From Granulosicoccus sp. (lineage in GTDB: Bacteria > Pseudomonadota > Gammaproteobacteria > Granulosicoccales > Granulosicoccaceae), in assembly GCA_045110515.1 (NCBI GenBank), contig JBGCGD010000004.1, positions 89,033 through 153,032 of the forward strand: DNA of 64,000 nt, in the 5' to 3' direction. The notes beneath the pieces are model-generated. The model was not told where the DNA came from, ran no database searches, and saw only the letters and a program-made list of their open reading frames with translations. The first letter of the stretch is position 1. The number at the start of each line of letters is the position of its first letter. The position numbers and the translations under genes were made by a program. Shown in pieces: positions 48,933 to 60,501 of the stretch.

Positions 48933-49558
48933 CCTGTTCGAGGCAATTAGTTAGATAAAAATTGAGGTGGAAGTTTCTCTGGGATTCAGCAACTTATTAC
49001 GCTTTTTTATTCGAAATTCGAATCTCAGATACCCGGTGTTTCAAGTCCAGTTTTCTCTGCACTAAGGGTCGAAATTCTCAAAATCACCGGTTCTTCTGTT
49101 TTTTGGACAATTTTTAAAATGAGTAAAAATACCCAAAGCTCTTGAAACCCGCATAAATGCTGACAAATTGACGCCAATGGCCGCAATAATCGTCACGAAA
49201 CAGTCATTTCACGATTAGACATTGGCAATTTACTGGCATTAACCGCACAATTTATTCATAATGGATTCAGGTTCGGGAGTTTTAGTGTGAACTAAGTCTC
49301 TCTTTTTGAAACATAAATGTTAACCAGTTCTCTAATCAAAACGAAGGTTAAAAAGCCTTCCAGCAAACCAAAAACTCGCTCCTACACTTAAATTTCATCC
49401 ACAGAGGCCTTAGGCGAACAGCCAGATTTACAGATGCAAACCGACGTTCAAAAGTCAGCAACAGTTCCGAAATTACTGCAGAAATGCGGTAGGAGTTCTG
49501 GTTGTGCATCGAAAGGCGGTGATACGATTTTTATGTCATTTCATGTAGGAAAGCTGAA

Positions 49559-50584
49559 ATGAAGTTGTTTCTAACATCAGCATATCAAGAACACTCGCGA
49601 CTGGATCGACTGCTGCAACTGCAAAAGCAGGATTCGCACAATCAGCATGAACTCGCTGACAATCCAGCCGAGGCCGACGCAATCGTATTCGTTGAGAACA
49701 CGCAATTCGAAGATATCCTTTTCGAAAAGCTACTCAAACATTCGTTGTTCCGCGCATACCCCGAAAAGGTATACATGTACAACGAGATGGACCAGTCGTG
49801 GCCTTTGTTACCTGGCCTCTATTGCAGTTTGTCGGCATCACTAGCCTCGTACTCTGACCAGGTTGCGTTTCCGTACATCAACACCTGTAATGAGAGTATT
49901 CAGGAAATACACAGCAAGGAAATTGAACGGCAATGGCTGTATTCGTTCGTGGGTTCTTGTAGCCATAGGGTTCGCAGACCCATCCTTGATCTGCATGACG
50001 AGGCTGCACGAATTGTCGATACGTCAGATTTCTGTGTGTGGGACCCGACGCAAACATCTAAGTTCGGATACCAAAAATTATTTACTGAAGCTATGGAAGG
50101 CAGTAAGTTCGTCTTGTGTCCCAGAGGTATCGGCCCGGCATCCTTACGTCTCTACGAGACGATGGAGGCAGCTCGTGTGCCGGTGATTATTTCTGATTCA
50201 TGGGTTGCACCCTCCCAAGTCGATTGGAGCTTTGCGGTTCGTATCCCTGAATGGGAGATTCACCAAATTCCAACATTGCTTAGAGAGCTGGAAAACGAAT
50301 GGCAGGACCGTAGCAAAGCAGCAAGAGCAGCTTGGGAATCTAAGTACGCACCGGATCAAATGTTCAATACATTCGCTTCAACGCTGGACGGTATAACAAG
50401 ATCGGCGAATCTTCCTATCCAGTCGATGAAGATCTCCAAACATAAGTGGCGCGTCTATTTGGAGCAACAAGCCCGGAACTGGTTGAAACCACCAGCGGGT
50501 GTTTCTCGCCCCACCCCTGTAAGCGTTCTTAAAAGCATGTCGGCCAGCAGCGGTATAACCAGGTTGTTTTCTCGAAAGGCGTAA
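49559..50584 (+). CDS. Exostosin-family (GT47-like) glycosyltransferase
   Basis: YSFVGS…R…I and SKFVLCPRGIGPASLRLYETMEAARVPVIISD match the exostosin F.L.P.G…s.Rl.Ea…cvPVi.sD pattern. Confidence 0.82.
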   Translation: MKLFLTSAYQEHSRLDRLLQLQKQDSHNQHELADNPAEADAIVFVENTQFEDILFEKLLKHSLFRAYPEKVYMYNEMDQSWPLLPGLYCSLSASLASYSDQVAFPYINTCNESIQEIHSKEIERQWLYSFVGSCSHRVRRPILDLHDEAARIVDTSDFCVWDPTQTSKFGYQKLFTEAMEGSKFVLCPRGIGPASLRLYETMEAARVPVIISDSWVAPSQVDWSFAVRIPEWEIHQIPTLLRELENEWQDRSKAARAAWESKYAPDQMFNTFASTLDGITRSANLPIQSMKISKHKWRVYLEQQARNWLKPPAGVSRPTPVSVLKSMSASSGITRLFSRKA

Positions 50585-50661
50585 ACCCGACAATTCCAAA
50601 AAAAGCTTTGTCACAAGGAGCTGGTTATTGTTCCTTGTCGCTCGTGATAGAACAACCTGTA

Positions 50662-52098
50662 TTACGCAAACGCCGCGATACAAGCACCCATGATAAAACC
50701 GGGAGCTATTCCTAAAGCAATCACGGCAAACCCGTTAACTGCTAAGCCTGCAGACACGTCACCGGCCGGACGAACATCGGTGGTATCGATGGGGTCATCA
50801 AAGAACATAAGTTTGATAATGCGTAGGTAGTAGAACGCACCTATGACGGACATGATGACAGCCAGAATAGCGAGCCACGTAAAACCTGCATTTACGGCTG
50901 CCTGCAAGACCGATAGCTTGGCATAGAAACCCACTGCCGGCGGCACGCCAGCGAGCGATATCATTGCCAGCATCATAACGGTCGCAAGCAAGGCATTACG
51001 CTTACCCAATCCTGCAAGGTCAGAGAGTTCTTCCGCTTCAAAGCCTTCACGCGATATGGCGAGCAACACACCAAAGGCCGCGAGGGTTGTGAACGCGTAG
51101 GTGATGGCATAGAACATTGCTGCGCTGTATCCATCGTTGGTGGCACCGACAATACCCAACAATAAAAATCCAACGTGCGAGATCGTACTGTAGGCCAGCA
51201 TACGCTTAATGTTCGTTTGAGCTATGGCAATAAGATTTCCTACCACCACAGACAAGGCTGCCATGATGGCAAGCATTTGCTGCCAGTCCGCATTAAGCGT
51301 TTCAAGACCACCGACTAACAGACGAATCAGCATGGCAAACGCGGCAATCTTGGGCGCCGTAGAAATAAACATGGTGACTGATGTCGGCGCACCTTCGTAT
51401 ACATCGGGTACCCACATATGAAAAGGCACTGCACCCAACTTAAATGCAATACCCACAATAAGAAACGTTAAGCCGAAACGTGCGCCGATAGTTCGCTCGG
51501 TAGACATGACATCGCCGTTGCCAGCGAGAATATCGGAGATGACATTTAAGTCGAGAGACCCTGATGCACCGTAGATCATAGACATGCCGTACAACAACAT
51601 GCCTGATGCTAGTGCACCCAAAACAAAGTACTTCATGGCAGCTTCAGCGGCTCGTCCGTTGTCTCGATGCAGGGCAACCATGGCGTACTGCGACAAAGCC
51701 AATAGTTCCAGACCTAAATAGACCGTTAACATGTGAGTGGCGGAGACCATAATCATCATGCCGGAAACCGCAAATAAACCCAGCACAAAATACTCGCTGC
51801 GCTGAATTTTCCGGGCACCCACGTAGTCGCGCGAATACAGAAAAATACCTATTGCAACAACCAGCAGCCAGGTTTTTAAACTGGCACTTAGCGAATCAAG
51901 CGTGTAAGCGCCACTAAAACCCGTCATGGTGTCCGATCCCAATTGGGATATGGACATCATTAACGTGATGACGAGCGTTAGCTGTGACAGCCAGTACACC
52001 GTGTTTGACGTGGCTTTCGTAAACAGGCCAACAACCAACACCGCACAGGTGGCCGCCAGCAGAAAGATCTCGGGAGTCGCGATCTGCAAGTTGTCCAT
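50662..52098 (-). CDS. nuoN: NADH-quinone oxidoreductase subunit N
   Basis: EAAMKYFVLG, FKLGAVPFHMWVPDVYEGAP and KRMLAYSTI. Confidence 0.96.
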   Translation of the reverse strand: MDNLQIATPEIFLLAATCAVLVVGLFTKATSNTVYWLSQLTLVITLMMSISQLGSDTMTGFSGAYTLDSLSASLKTWLLVVAIGIFLYSRDYVGARKIQRSEYFVLGLFAVSGMMIMVSATHMLTVYLGLELLALSQYAMVALHRDNGRAAEAAMKYFVLGALASGMLLYGMSMIYGASGSLDLNVISDILAGNGDVMSTERTIGARFGLTFLIVGIAFKLGAVPFHMWVPDVYEGAPTSVTMFISTAPKIAAFAMLIRLLVGGLETLNADWQQMLAIMAALSVVVGNLIAIAQTNIKRMLAYSTISHVGFLLLGIVGATNDGYSAAMFYAITYAFTTLAAFGVLLAISREGFEAEELSDLAGLGKRNALLATVMMLAMISLAGVPPAVGFYAKLSVLQAAVNAGFTWLAILAVIMSVIGAFYYLRIIKLMFFDDPIDTTDVRPAGDVSAGLAVNGFAVIALGIAPGFIMGACIAAFA

Positions 52099-52105
52099 GA
52101 GGCGC

Positions 52106-53602
52106 TCAGTACTTAGGAGTTGAAATGTGTTGCACGAGATTCTCAATCGATGCGTGCATGACGCTACCGATGACGTTTGGCCAAACTCCTATCAGCAATA
52201 CGAATATTGCAAGGATTGCCAGCATCCAGAACTCGCGAGGATTGATGTCAGTCAGCGCTGCCACCTTGTCGTTGCCAATCGGGCCCATGATGACTCTCTT
52301 GACCATCCAGAGCGTATAGGCAGCACCGAGAATCAATGTACTCGCGGCCAGAAACGCTATCCAGAAATTTGTTTTGAAACTTGCCAGTATGACCATGAAC
52401 TCGCCAACGAATCCTGAGGTACCCGGCAGCCCGGCATTAGCCATAGCAAAGAACACCATGAAGGCCGCAAAGATGGGCATCGTGTTGATGACACCACCGT
52501 AGTCGGCAATCTCACGGCTGTGGATGCGGTCGTACATAACACCGACGCATAAGAACATGGCAGCCGAAATAAAGCCGTGGGAAATCATTTGCACAATGGC
52601 CCCTTCCAGACCCAGTGCGACACCGGCATCGTCGCCTTTTGCGATAAGCCTAAACGCGATGAAAATACCTAGAGTGACAAACCCCATATGCGAGATAGAT
52701 GAGTACGCAATGAGCTTTTTCATATCGCGTTGAGCAAGAGCTACAAAGCCGATATACACAACAGCAATAAGCGATATCGCGATCATGAATGTATCCATGA
52801 ACGAACTGGCATCGGGTGTCACCGGCAGACTGAATCTTAAGAATCCATAACCGCCCATTTTCAACATAATGGCGGCCAGTACAGCAGAGCCCGCAGTCGG
52901 TGCTTCAACGTGAGCGTCTGGAAGCCAGGTATGAACCGGCCACATGGGGATCTTGACCGCAAAGGCTGCAAGAAACGCTAAGAAGATCCAGAACTGTTGA
53001 TCCTTATCTAACGCCAGCTCGTGCATGCTCAAAATACTGAACGACCCACCTTGCTCGTACATATAAATGAGCGCGATGAGCATGAACACCGAACCCAGGA
53101 ACGTGTACAAAAAGAACTTTACGGTGGCATAAACACGACGCGGCCCACCCCAGATACCAATGATCAGAAACATCGGTATAAGCGTGGCTTCGAAGAAGAT
53201 ATAAAACAGGATGGCGTCGAGGGCTGAGAACACGCCGATCATAAGACCGGTCATAATTGAAAACGAACCCAGATACATCGCAGGCCGATCTTTAATGACC
53301 TCCCAAGCGGAGATAACAACAATGACGTTAATGAGCGTAGTCAGGATGATTAACGGCATAGAGATGCCATCAACGCCTAAATCATAATTAATGTTGAAAC
53401 CGGGCAGCCACGCAACCGACTCAGTGAACTGCATAGCGGCAGTGGTCGGGTCAAATCCAAAATACAAAGGAAGACTAACCAGCAGCGTCAATATTGAGGT
53501 TGCTGCAGCCAGCTTACGCGCCGGGCCATCGCCCAGGGCGATGATCAGAAATCCTGCCAGAATTGGCAACCAGATCGTCAGACTTAGTATGGGGAAGCTC
53601 AA
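52106..53602 (-). CDS. nuoM: NADH-quinone oxidoreductase subunit M
   Basis: FFEATLIP, KIPMWPVHTWLPDAHVEAPT and KKLIAYSS. Confidence 0.96.
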   Translation of the reverse strand: MSFPILSLTIWLPILAGFLIIALGDGPARKLAAATSILTLLVSLPLYFGFDPTTAAMQFTESVAWLPGFNINYDLGVDGISMPLIILTTLINVIVVISAWEVIKDRPAMYLGSFSIMTGLMIGVFSALDAILFYIFFEATLIPMFLIIGIWGGPRRVYATVKFFLYTFLGSVFMLIALIYMYEQGGSFSILSMHELALDKDQQFWIFLAFLAAFAVKIPMWPVHTWLPDAHVEAPTAGSAVLAAIMLKMGGYGFLRFSLPVTPDASSFMDTFMIAISLIAVVYIGFVALAQRDMKKLIAYSSISHMGFVTLGIFIAFRLIAKGDDAGVALGLEGAIVQMISHGFISAAMFLCVGVMYDRIHSREIADYGGVINTMPIFAAFMVFFAMANAGLPGTSGFVGEFMVILASFKTNFWIAFLAASTLILGAAYTLWMVKRVIMGPIGNDKVAALTDINPREFWMLAILAIFVLLIGVWPNVIGSVMHASIENLVQHISTPKY

Positions 53603-53629
53603 TGGTTCAATCTCTATTGGGCGTGATAA

Positions 53630-55582
53630 TCAGACGAATAGAAACCATGACAACATGGCTAATAAGCCAAGGATCATGGCAAACGCGTAGTGGAAAAGCA
53701 TACCGCTTTGCAGATGACGGGCAATACCTGCAAAAAAGCCGACGCTGTTCGCTGTGCCGTTGACAAGGGCTCCGTCAATCACCTTCATATCGCCCTTCTC
53801 CCAGAGTTGCTTGCCTAAGCTAACGCTACCGCGTGCGAACACCGCTTGATTAAAGTCATCAAAACCGTATTTGTTATCCAGAATTTTGCGCAAGAACCCA
53901 AGCTTGCTATCAAGCATCGCCGGAATAGACGGGGCCACCATGTAGAAAACATAAGCCGTCGCAAATCCTGCAAATGCAAGGTACACCGCCGGTGTCTGGA
54001 AAGCGTGGAGTACGAACTGCCACGGTCCGTGATAGTTCTCACCCAATCGACCTAAGACATCGTGCGCAGGCAATACCGCAATGATGTCTTTGAAGTAATC
54101 GCCGAATACCACGGCAGAGACAGTTAGCAGACCAATAATGACAGACGGAATCGCTAACAGGATGAGCGGTACTGTGACAACTCTTGGCGACTCGTGTGCA
54201 TGATCCAGCGTCTCTTTGTCCATGCGCGGCTTTCCATGGAAGACCAGAAAGAATAAGCGGAAGGAATAAAACGATGTGACAAACACACCACCTAGGACAG
54301 CCCAAAACGCAATGGATGCCCCGGGAATCGTCGACATGTGCACCGCTTCGATAATGATGTCTTTAGAGAAGAACCCCGAGAAGGCTGGAAAGCCAATAAG
54401 CGCCAACGTACCGATAAGAGATGTCCAGTAAGTAATAGGCATTTTCTTACGCAGCCCGCCCATCTTACGAATGTCTTGCTCGTGGTGCATGGCAATGATG
54501 ACAGAGCCTGCCGCTAAGAAGAGTAAGGCTTTGAAAAACGCGTGAGTCATCAGATGGAACATGGCTGCTGAGTATGCGGACACGCCGAGCGCCACTGTCA
54601 TGTAACCCAGCTGCGATAAGGTGGAGTACGCAACCACTCGCTTGATGTCGTTCTGGACCATGCCAATGAGCCCCATGAAAAACGCAGTGAACGCACCAAT
54701 AATCAAGATAAAGCTCAGGGCCGTTTCGGAGAGCTCAAACATAGGCGACATGCGAGACACCATAAAAATGCCCGCCGTTACCATAGTTGCCGCATGGATT
54801 AGCGCTGATATAGGTGTCGGGCCTTCCATGGAATCGGGTAACCAAACATGCAACGGTGCTTGTGCAGACTTACCCATAGCACCAATGAACAGCAAGATAC
54901 ACAGTACGGTGAGCACATCCCATTCAGCCGAACCGAATATATTGATGGTTTGACCGACCAATGTAGGAGCAGCTTCAAACGCATCGGTGTACGCCAGGCT
55001 GTTGGTGTACATCACGATACCCGCGATGCCGAGAACAAAACCAAAGTCGCCTACTCGGTTTACCAAGAAGGCTTTCATGTTGGCGAAAATAGCGGATTCT
55101 TTCTTATAGTAAAAACCGATAAGCAGATAAGACACAGTGCCCACCGCTTCCCAGCCAAAGAATAATTGTAAGAAGTTGTTGGACATGACCAACATCAGCA
55201 TCGAAAACGTAAACAGCGATATGTAACAGAAGAAGCGCTGATACCCGTCATCGTCATGCATGTAGCCAATGGTGTAGATGTGCACCATGAGCGAGACAAA
55301 GTTAACCACCAACAGCATCATGACGGTCAAATTGTCGACTAGGAATCCAATTTCGAACTTGATGTTGCCGCTGACTAACCAGGTGTAAAGTGTTTCGTTA
55401 AACGGCGCAGCTCCACCCACTACGACGTGGAAGAAGGCGTACACAGAAAGCAATAAGGAAAACGCGACACCGGCAATCGTGACACGGTGGGCATTGATAC
55501 GGCCAATGCGTCTACCGAATAAACCGGTAACAATGGCAGCCAATAAAGGCGCTAGCGGGATGAGTGTATAAAGTAGCTTCAC
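53630..55582 (-). CDS. nuoL: NADH-quinone oxidoreductase subunit L
   Basis: FFGWEAVG, KSAQAPLHVWLPDSMEGPTPISALIHAATMV and HAFFKALLFL. Confidence 0.97.
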   Translation of the reverse strand: MKLLYTLIPLAPLLAAIVTGLFGRRIGRINAHRVTIAGVAFSLLLSVYAFFHVVVGGAAPFNETLYTWLVSGNIKFEIGFLVDNLTVMMLLVVNFVSLMVHIYTIGYMHDDDGYQRFFCYISLFTFSMLMLVMSNNFLQLFFGWEAVGTVSYLLIGFYYKKESAIFANMKAFLVNRVGDFGFVLGIAGIVMYTNSLAYTDAFEAAPTLVGQTINIFGSAEWDVLTVLCILLFIGAMGKSAQAPLHVWLPDSMEGPTPISALIHAATMVTAGIFMVSRMSPMFELSETALSFILIIGAFTAFFMGLIGMVQNDIKRVVAYSTLSQLGYMTVALGVSAYSAAMFHLMTHAFFKALLFLAAGSVIIAMHHEQDIRKMGGLRKKMPITYWTSLIGTLALIGFPAFSGFFSKDIIIEAVHMSTIPGASIAFWAVLGGVFVTSFYSFRLFFLVFHGKPRMDKETLDHAHESPRVVTVPLILLAIPSVIIGLLTVSAVVFGDYFKDIIAVLPAHDVLGRLGENYHGPWQFVLHAFQTPAVYLAFAGFATAYVFYMVAPSIPAMLDSKLGFLRKILDNKYGFDDFNQAVFARGSVSLGKQLWEKGDMKVIDGALVNGTANSVGFFAGIARHLQSGMLFHYAFAMILGLLAMLSWFLFV

Positions 55583-55587
55583 GTTGG

Positions 55588-55893
55588 CTAGCCTTTCAGT
55601 GCGTCAAGGTCTGCAACGTTGATGGTCGACCGATTACGGAACAACACCACCAGTATGGCAAGCCCGATGGCTGCCTCCGCCGCTGCGACGGTGAGAATGA
55701 AAAATACGAAGATCTGCCCTGCCCCGTCTCCCAGAAAATGCGAGAAGGTTACGAAGTTCATGTTCACCGAAAGCAGCATGAGCTCGATACACATCAACAA
55801 GATGATGACGTTCTTTCGATTGAGAAAAATACCCACGACGCTTAAGCAAAACAACAAAGCGCCTAAGGTAAGGTAATGAGACAGTGTGATCAT
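55588..55893 (-). CDS. nuoK: NADH-quinone oxidoreductase subunit K
   Basis: LMCIELML and [13 protein letters not shown]. Confidence 0.96.
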   Translation of the reverse strand: MITLSHYLTLGALLFCLSVVGIFLNRKNVIILLMCIELMLLSVNMNFVTFSHFLGDGAGQIFVFFILTVAAAEAAIGLAILVVLFRNRSTINVADLDALKG

Positions 55894-55914
55894 AGTAGTA
55901 GGTATCCGTCTCGA

Positions 55915-56523
55915 TCAGTTGCGCTTTTCAGCAGGCATGTCAACCACTCGCAAGCGATCACTTTTCTTAACGCTTATCTGCTCAGATGGCGTTTGGTATT
56001 TCGTTTCGGGGCGACGTCTCATAGTCAACGCAATGGCTGCCACGATAGCCACCAATAAAATGATGGCGGCAATTTCAAACTGGAACAGAAAATCGCTGTA
56101 CAACAAACGCCCCAACGATTCGGTGTTGCTCATAGCCTCAGCTGATGCCCGCTCAGGGGCAGGAAACTGTTCCGCTTTAAAGTAGCGTTGGGTGATAAGA
56201 AAGACCATTTCTACCAGCATGATCAAACCCACCAGAATGCCCACCGGCAAATATTTAACAAATCCCTCGCGCAGCGGCTCTACGTTGATATCGAGCATCA
56301 TGACAACGAATAGGAACAGCACCATAACCGCACCGACGTATACCAGCACGAGCGTAATAGCGAGAAACTCTGCTTCGAGTAACAACCAGATTGCGGCACA
56401 GGTAAAAAATGTCAGTACCAAATACATGGCTGCATGGACTGGATTGCGAACGGAAATCACGCGCGACGCCGCAAAGACCATGATGGCTGCGAATAGATAG
56501 AAAACGAACAGTTCAAAAGTCAC
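55915..56523 (-). CDS. nuoJ: NADH-quinone oxidoreductase subunit J
   Basis: VLVYVGAVMVLFLFVVMMLD and FEIAAIILL. Confidence 0.95.
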   Translation of the reverse strand: MTFELFVFYLFAAIMVFAASRVISVRNPVHAAMYLVLTFFTCAAIWLLLEAEFLAITLVLVYVGAVMVLFLFVVMMLDINVEPLREGFVKYLPVGILVGLIMLVEMVFLITQRYFKAEQFPAPERASAEAMSNTESLGRLLYSDFLFQFEIAAIILLVAIVAAIALTMRRRPETKYQTPSEQISVKKSDRLRVVDMPAEKRN

Positions 56524-56560
56524 TGGATGTTCCTTAGTTAAACGGACACGCGCTAGTCAA

Positions 56561-57052
56561 TTATCGAAATGCCGAATCGGCTGCACGGTCTGCAGCGATC
56601 TGAGCTTCGTACTTATCACCAATGGCCAACAGCTTGTCCTTGGTCATTATCTGCTCACCCCTGTTCTCAAAGTGATACTCGAAAATTCGAGTCTCAACAA
56701 TGGAATCAACTGGGCACGCTTCTTCACAAAAACCACAAAAAATACACTTGAACAGATCGATGTCATAACGCGTTGTTCTGCGTGTTCCATCATCACGTTG
56801 ATCCGAATCGATAGTGATGGCCAGTGCCGGACAAACCGCCTCACACAACTTACAAGCAATGCAGCGTTCTTCGCCGTTAGGATAACGACGCAGAGCGTGC
56901 AAGCCTCTGAAGCGATGAGACTGAGGCGTTTTTTCTTCTGGGTACTGAATAGTGATATTACCGGACACGAAGTAACGCCCTGTCAGGCTCATGCCCTTGA
57001 GCAACTCCCACAAGGTAAAACTCTTGATGTACTTACTTATTTGTCCAGTCAT
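56561..57052 (-). CDS. nuoI: NADH-quinone oxidoreductase subunit I
   Basis: [12 protein letters not shown] and [12 protein letters not shown]. Confidence 0.97.
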   Translation of the reverse strand: MTGQISKYIKSFTLWELLKGMSLTGRYFVSGNITIQYPEEKTPQSHRFRGLHALRRYPNGEERCIACKLCEAVCPALAITIDSDQRDDGTRRTTRYDIDLFKCIFCGFCEEACPVDSIVETRIFEYHFENRGEQIMTKDKLLAIGDKYEAQIAADRAADSAFR

Positions 57053-57086
57053 GTTTGTTTTCCAGATCCTTGTTGATTAACTCTCG

Positions 57087-58097
57087 TTAAGCGCCACGAA
57101 CGACGCTGAACCAAGGACCAATTTCAAAATATATGGCAAACCCGACGACCGCTATCCAAACGATGGTAACCGGTATGAATACTTTCCAACCCAAGCGCAT
57201 TATCTGGTCGTAGCGATAACGCGGAAATGTTGCTCGTAGCCATAGGAACAAGAACAACATGGAAGCCGTTTTAATCAGGAACCAATGAATGCCGTCGCCG
57301 ACACCATCGATAGGTGACATCCAACCACCGAGGAACAGAAGCGCCGTCAAGGCAGCGATCATCATCATGTTGGCGTATTCAGCCAGGAAGAACAGCGCGA
57401 AGGCCATGCCTGAGTAATCGACGTGAAAACCTGCAACGATTTCAGATTCACCCTCGGCGACATCAAACGGCGCACGGTTTGTTTCTGCCACACCGGATAT
57501 AAAATAAACAACGGCTAGTGGTAACAACGGAAACAAATACCAATTGAAGAAACCGCCTGCCTGAGCACGCACAATGTCGCCTAAGTTCAAGCTGCCTGCC
57601 ATCATGAGAACGCCTATGAGAGCGAATCCCATGGCAATTTCATAGGCCACAATTTGCGCAGCTGAGCGCATCGCCCCCAAAAAAGCGTACTTAGAATTAG
57701 AGGCCCACCCCGCGATAATGACGCCATAAACACCGATGGACGTCATTGCCAATACGTAGAGTAAACCCGCGTTGACATCTGAAATGGCCCAACCGTCTGC
57801 AAACGGAATAACCGCCCAGGCAGCCACTGCCGGTGCCAACGACAAGATAGGAGCCGTCAAGAACAGAAAGCGCGAAGCATTGGTTGGAACGATGACTTCT
57901 TTAAACATCAATTTAAAGACGTCAGCAAAGGGTTGGCCTAAACCTTTAAAACCGACGCGGTTCGGCCCTACCCGCACTTGCATAGATCCGATAACTTTTC
58001 GCTCTGCCAGAGTCAGGTAGGCGACACACAAAATCAGCGGCACCAGCACCGCGACAATTTTGAGTAGAGTCATTACTGTGAGGATTAACGCATCCAT
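57087..58097 (-). CDS. nuoH: NADH-quinone oxidoreductase subunit H
   Basis: ERKVIG…[21 protein letters not shown] and PRYRYDQ. Confidence 0.97.
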   Translation of the reverse strand: MDALILTVMTLLKIVAVLVPLILCVAYLTLAERKVIGSMQVRVGPNRVGFKGLGQPFADVFKLMFKEVIVPTNASRFLFLTAPILSLAPAVAAWAVIPFADGWAISDVNAGLLYVLAMTSIGVYGVIIAGWASNSKYAFLGAMRSAAQIVAYEIAMGFALIGVLMMAGSLNLGDIVRAQAGGFFNWYLFPLLPLAVVYFISGVAETNRAPFDVAEGESEIVAGFHVDYSGMAFALFFLAEYANMMMIAALTALLFLGGWMSPIDGVGDGIHWFLIKTASMLFLFLWLRATFPRYRYDQIMRLGWKVFIPVTIVWIAVVGFAIYFEIGPWFSVVRGA

Positions 58098-60442
58098 TAG
58101 GCTCTACTCACCTCTATTTCACCAAACAACTCACCGAGCGCCGCTGTTTCAGGCAAACCGGCCGGCACCCAGACACAACCATCGGGTACGTCATTGTCCA
58201 GCTTGCAGTTAAGCGATACGGCAGAACCGTTCTGCTTTAAATTAACAGCATCACCGTCTTTCAATTCAAGCTTTTGCATTTGGGCATCGGCCATTGAAAC
58301 AAACGCCTGCTTCCCGTCCATCGATTTTTGTAGAGGCTGAGAGCGACGTACAATAGGATCTGTCGCGTACATCGGTGTTTCACCGGCCCGCAGAACACTC
58401 GACGCACTAGGTGCACTATAGGCAGGAACCGAATCGAACTGAGTCATGTTGCTCAACTGCACATTTCCACACTGGCTTTGCAGTTCTTTCGTGATGGCTT
58501 CAGGGCTATCGTAAGCAAAGCCGTCCAGCTCAAGTTCGTCAGCAAGCACTCTGAAAATTTTCCATGCCGGTCGCGCATCACCCGGAGGCGATGTAATGCC
58601 TCGGGAGCTTTGCCAGTTACCCGTCGCATTCACATATGTGCCAAAGGTCTCGGTGAATGTGGCGCTTGGCAGGATGACGTCAGCGTGGGCTCGTAAGCTG
58701 TCGCTAAGATATGCGCTAACAGCCACCACACTGCTTGCACCGGCCAGACTGCTTAATGCCTGTGAAGGATGTGCTGCATCGAATTCGACTTCGCAGCCAA
58801 CCAGTAAGTAGGCCGATAGCGGAGACGCTAACATGGCGCCAGCGTTTAGACCGCTGCCAGACGCTTTCTTACCACCAGCAAGACGATGCGGTAAAGCACC
58901 TGCCAACCAGGCTCCTGCAGTATTCGCTCGCTCTGGCAACATGCCTAGTGTGGCACCCGTGGACTTTGCAATGGCCATAGCAACGTATTGCAATTGAGAA
59001 TAGGCAGGATGCTGCACAGCGATATTGCCCAGTAGAAGAGCCGCGCGATCACCGTTGGAAAGCGAGTCAGCAATTTTTTGATGACTATCAGTCACATCGA
59101 TTGACGGAATATCCGACATGGCGGAGACATCCGCACCACATGCCTTCGCCACTCCAACTAACTCACTGAGCATATGATCGTAGCGAGTGGCAATGTTTTC
59201 ACAGGCATCGAAATGCAATGGAAAACGCTTAGGATTTATGAAACTAATAGCCGCGCCTTTCATCGCTGACTTTCTCAGTCGCAATGCTGCAATAGGTTGG
59301 TCTTTACGGATGTTGGAGCCCACGAGTAAAGCGGCATCCAACGTTTCAAGATCGTTAAGCTGCATACCCAACCAAGGCATAACCGGCGCTGCGTCCTGGG
59401 CTGAAAAATCCAGCTGCCCCAAACGATGATCGATGTTGTCGGTTCCTAAAGCTCGGCCCAGCTTCTGAGCCAGGTAAAGCTCTTCCAGCGTGATGCTAGG
59501 CGACGCTAAGACACCAAGATCCTGACGACGCAGATGGTCGGCAGCGGCGGCTAGGGCTGTTGGCCAATCGCAAGTTTGCAGTTCACCATCGACACGCACC
59601 ATAGGTGAGTGAATTCTGTCAGCGTTATTTAAACCCTGATAACTAAACCGGTCTCTGTCGGCAATCCAGACTTCGTTGATTGATTCGTTTTCTCGTGGAA
59701 CCACACGATTAACGGTGGTGCCATCCATGTGTACAAACACATTAGAACCGACTGAATCATGCGGTGACACTGACGGCTGCTGTGACAGTTCCCACGAGCG
59801 CGCTGTGTATCGGGATGGACGGGCTGTCAGCGCACCCACCGGGCAAATGTCGATGACATTGCCAGAGACTTCCGAGACCACTGATTTCTCAATATAGGTA
59901 CCGATGCGGACATTCTCTCCCCGCCCTGTTGCACCCAATTCACGGATGCCGGCGATCTCTTCACCGAAGCGAACACAACGCGTGCAATGAATACAACGTG
60001 TCATTTCCGTCGCGATTAAAGGACCAATGTACTTATCGAATACGACTCGTTTGCCTTCGGTATATTGCGACGCACTATTGCCGTAGCCCATAGCAACATC
60101 TTGCAACTCGCACTCGCCACCCTGATCGCAGATGGGGCAGTCAAGCGGGTGATTGATCAGCAAGAATTCCATCGTGCCTTTTTGCGCCGCACGAGCAAGC
60201 TTTGATGCGGTGTGGACGACCATGTCCGGCATGACGGGCGTTGCGCAGGCAGGTAGCGGCTTTGGAGCTTTCTCCACTTCAACCAGACACATACGGCAGT
60301 TTGCCGCTACCGATAGCTTCTTGTGGTAGCAAAAACGCGGCACATCGATACCCGCAGCATCGGTGACCTCGATGAGCATTTGCCCACGCTGAGCCGTTAG
60401 CGGTGTGCCGTCAACGGTTATCTGAATAGTGTCGTCACTCAT
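58097..60442 (-). CDS. nuoG: NADH-quinone oxidoreductase subunit G
   Basis: CYH…[29 protein letters not shown] and CPVGAL. Confidence 0.97.
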   Translation of the reverse strand: MSDDTIQITVDGTPLTAQRGQMLIEVTDAAGIDVPRFCYHKKLSVAANCRMCLVEVEKAPKPLPACATPVMPDMVVHTASKLARAAQKGTMEFLLINHPLDCPICDQGGECELQDVAMGYGNSASQYTEGKRVVFDKYIGPLIATEMTRCIHCTRCVRFGEEIAGIRELGATGRGENVRIGTYIEKSVVSEVSGNVIDICPVGALTARPSRYTARSWELSQQPSVSPHDSVGSNVFVHMDGTTVNRVVPRENESINEVWIADRDRFSYQGLNNADRIHSPMVRVDGELQTCDWPTALAAAADHLRRQDLGVLASPSITLEELYLAQKLGRALGTDNIDHRLGQLDFSAQDAAPVMPWLGMQLNDLETLDAALLVGSNIRKDQPIAALRLRKSAMKGAAISFINPKRFPLHFDACENIATRYDHMLSELVGVAKACGADVSAMSDIPSIDVTDSHQKIADSLSNGDRAALLLGNIAVQHPAYSQLQYVAMAIAKSTGATLGMLPERANTAGAWLAGALPHRLAGGKKASGSGLNAGAMLASPLSAYLLVGCEVEFDAAHPSQALSSLAGASSVVAVSAYLSDSLRAHADVILPSATFTETFGTYVNATGNWQSSRGITSPPGDARPAWKIFRVLADELELDGFAYDSPEAITKELQSQCGNVQLSNMTQFDSVPAYSAPSASSVLRAGETPMYATDPIVRRSQPLQKSMDGKQAFVSMADAQMQKLELKDGDAVNLKQNGSAVSLNCKLDNDVPDGCVWVPAGLPETAALGELFGEIEVSRA

Positions 60443-60501
60443 GTATCAATTTTCGCAAAAATGGCAGCTTCGGGTGCCGGACTTGATCTATTTATAACAG
60501 A

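Noticed and set aside
49484-49522. ops/JUMPstart-like GCGGTAG and GGCGGTGA upstream of the exostosin gene
   Set aside because: Neither matches GGCGGTAGnnTG fully, and a single gene does not need RfaH antitermination.
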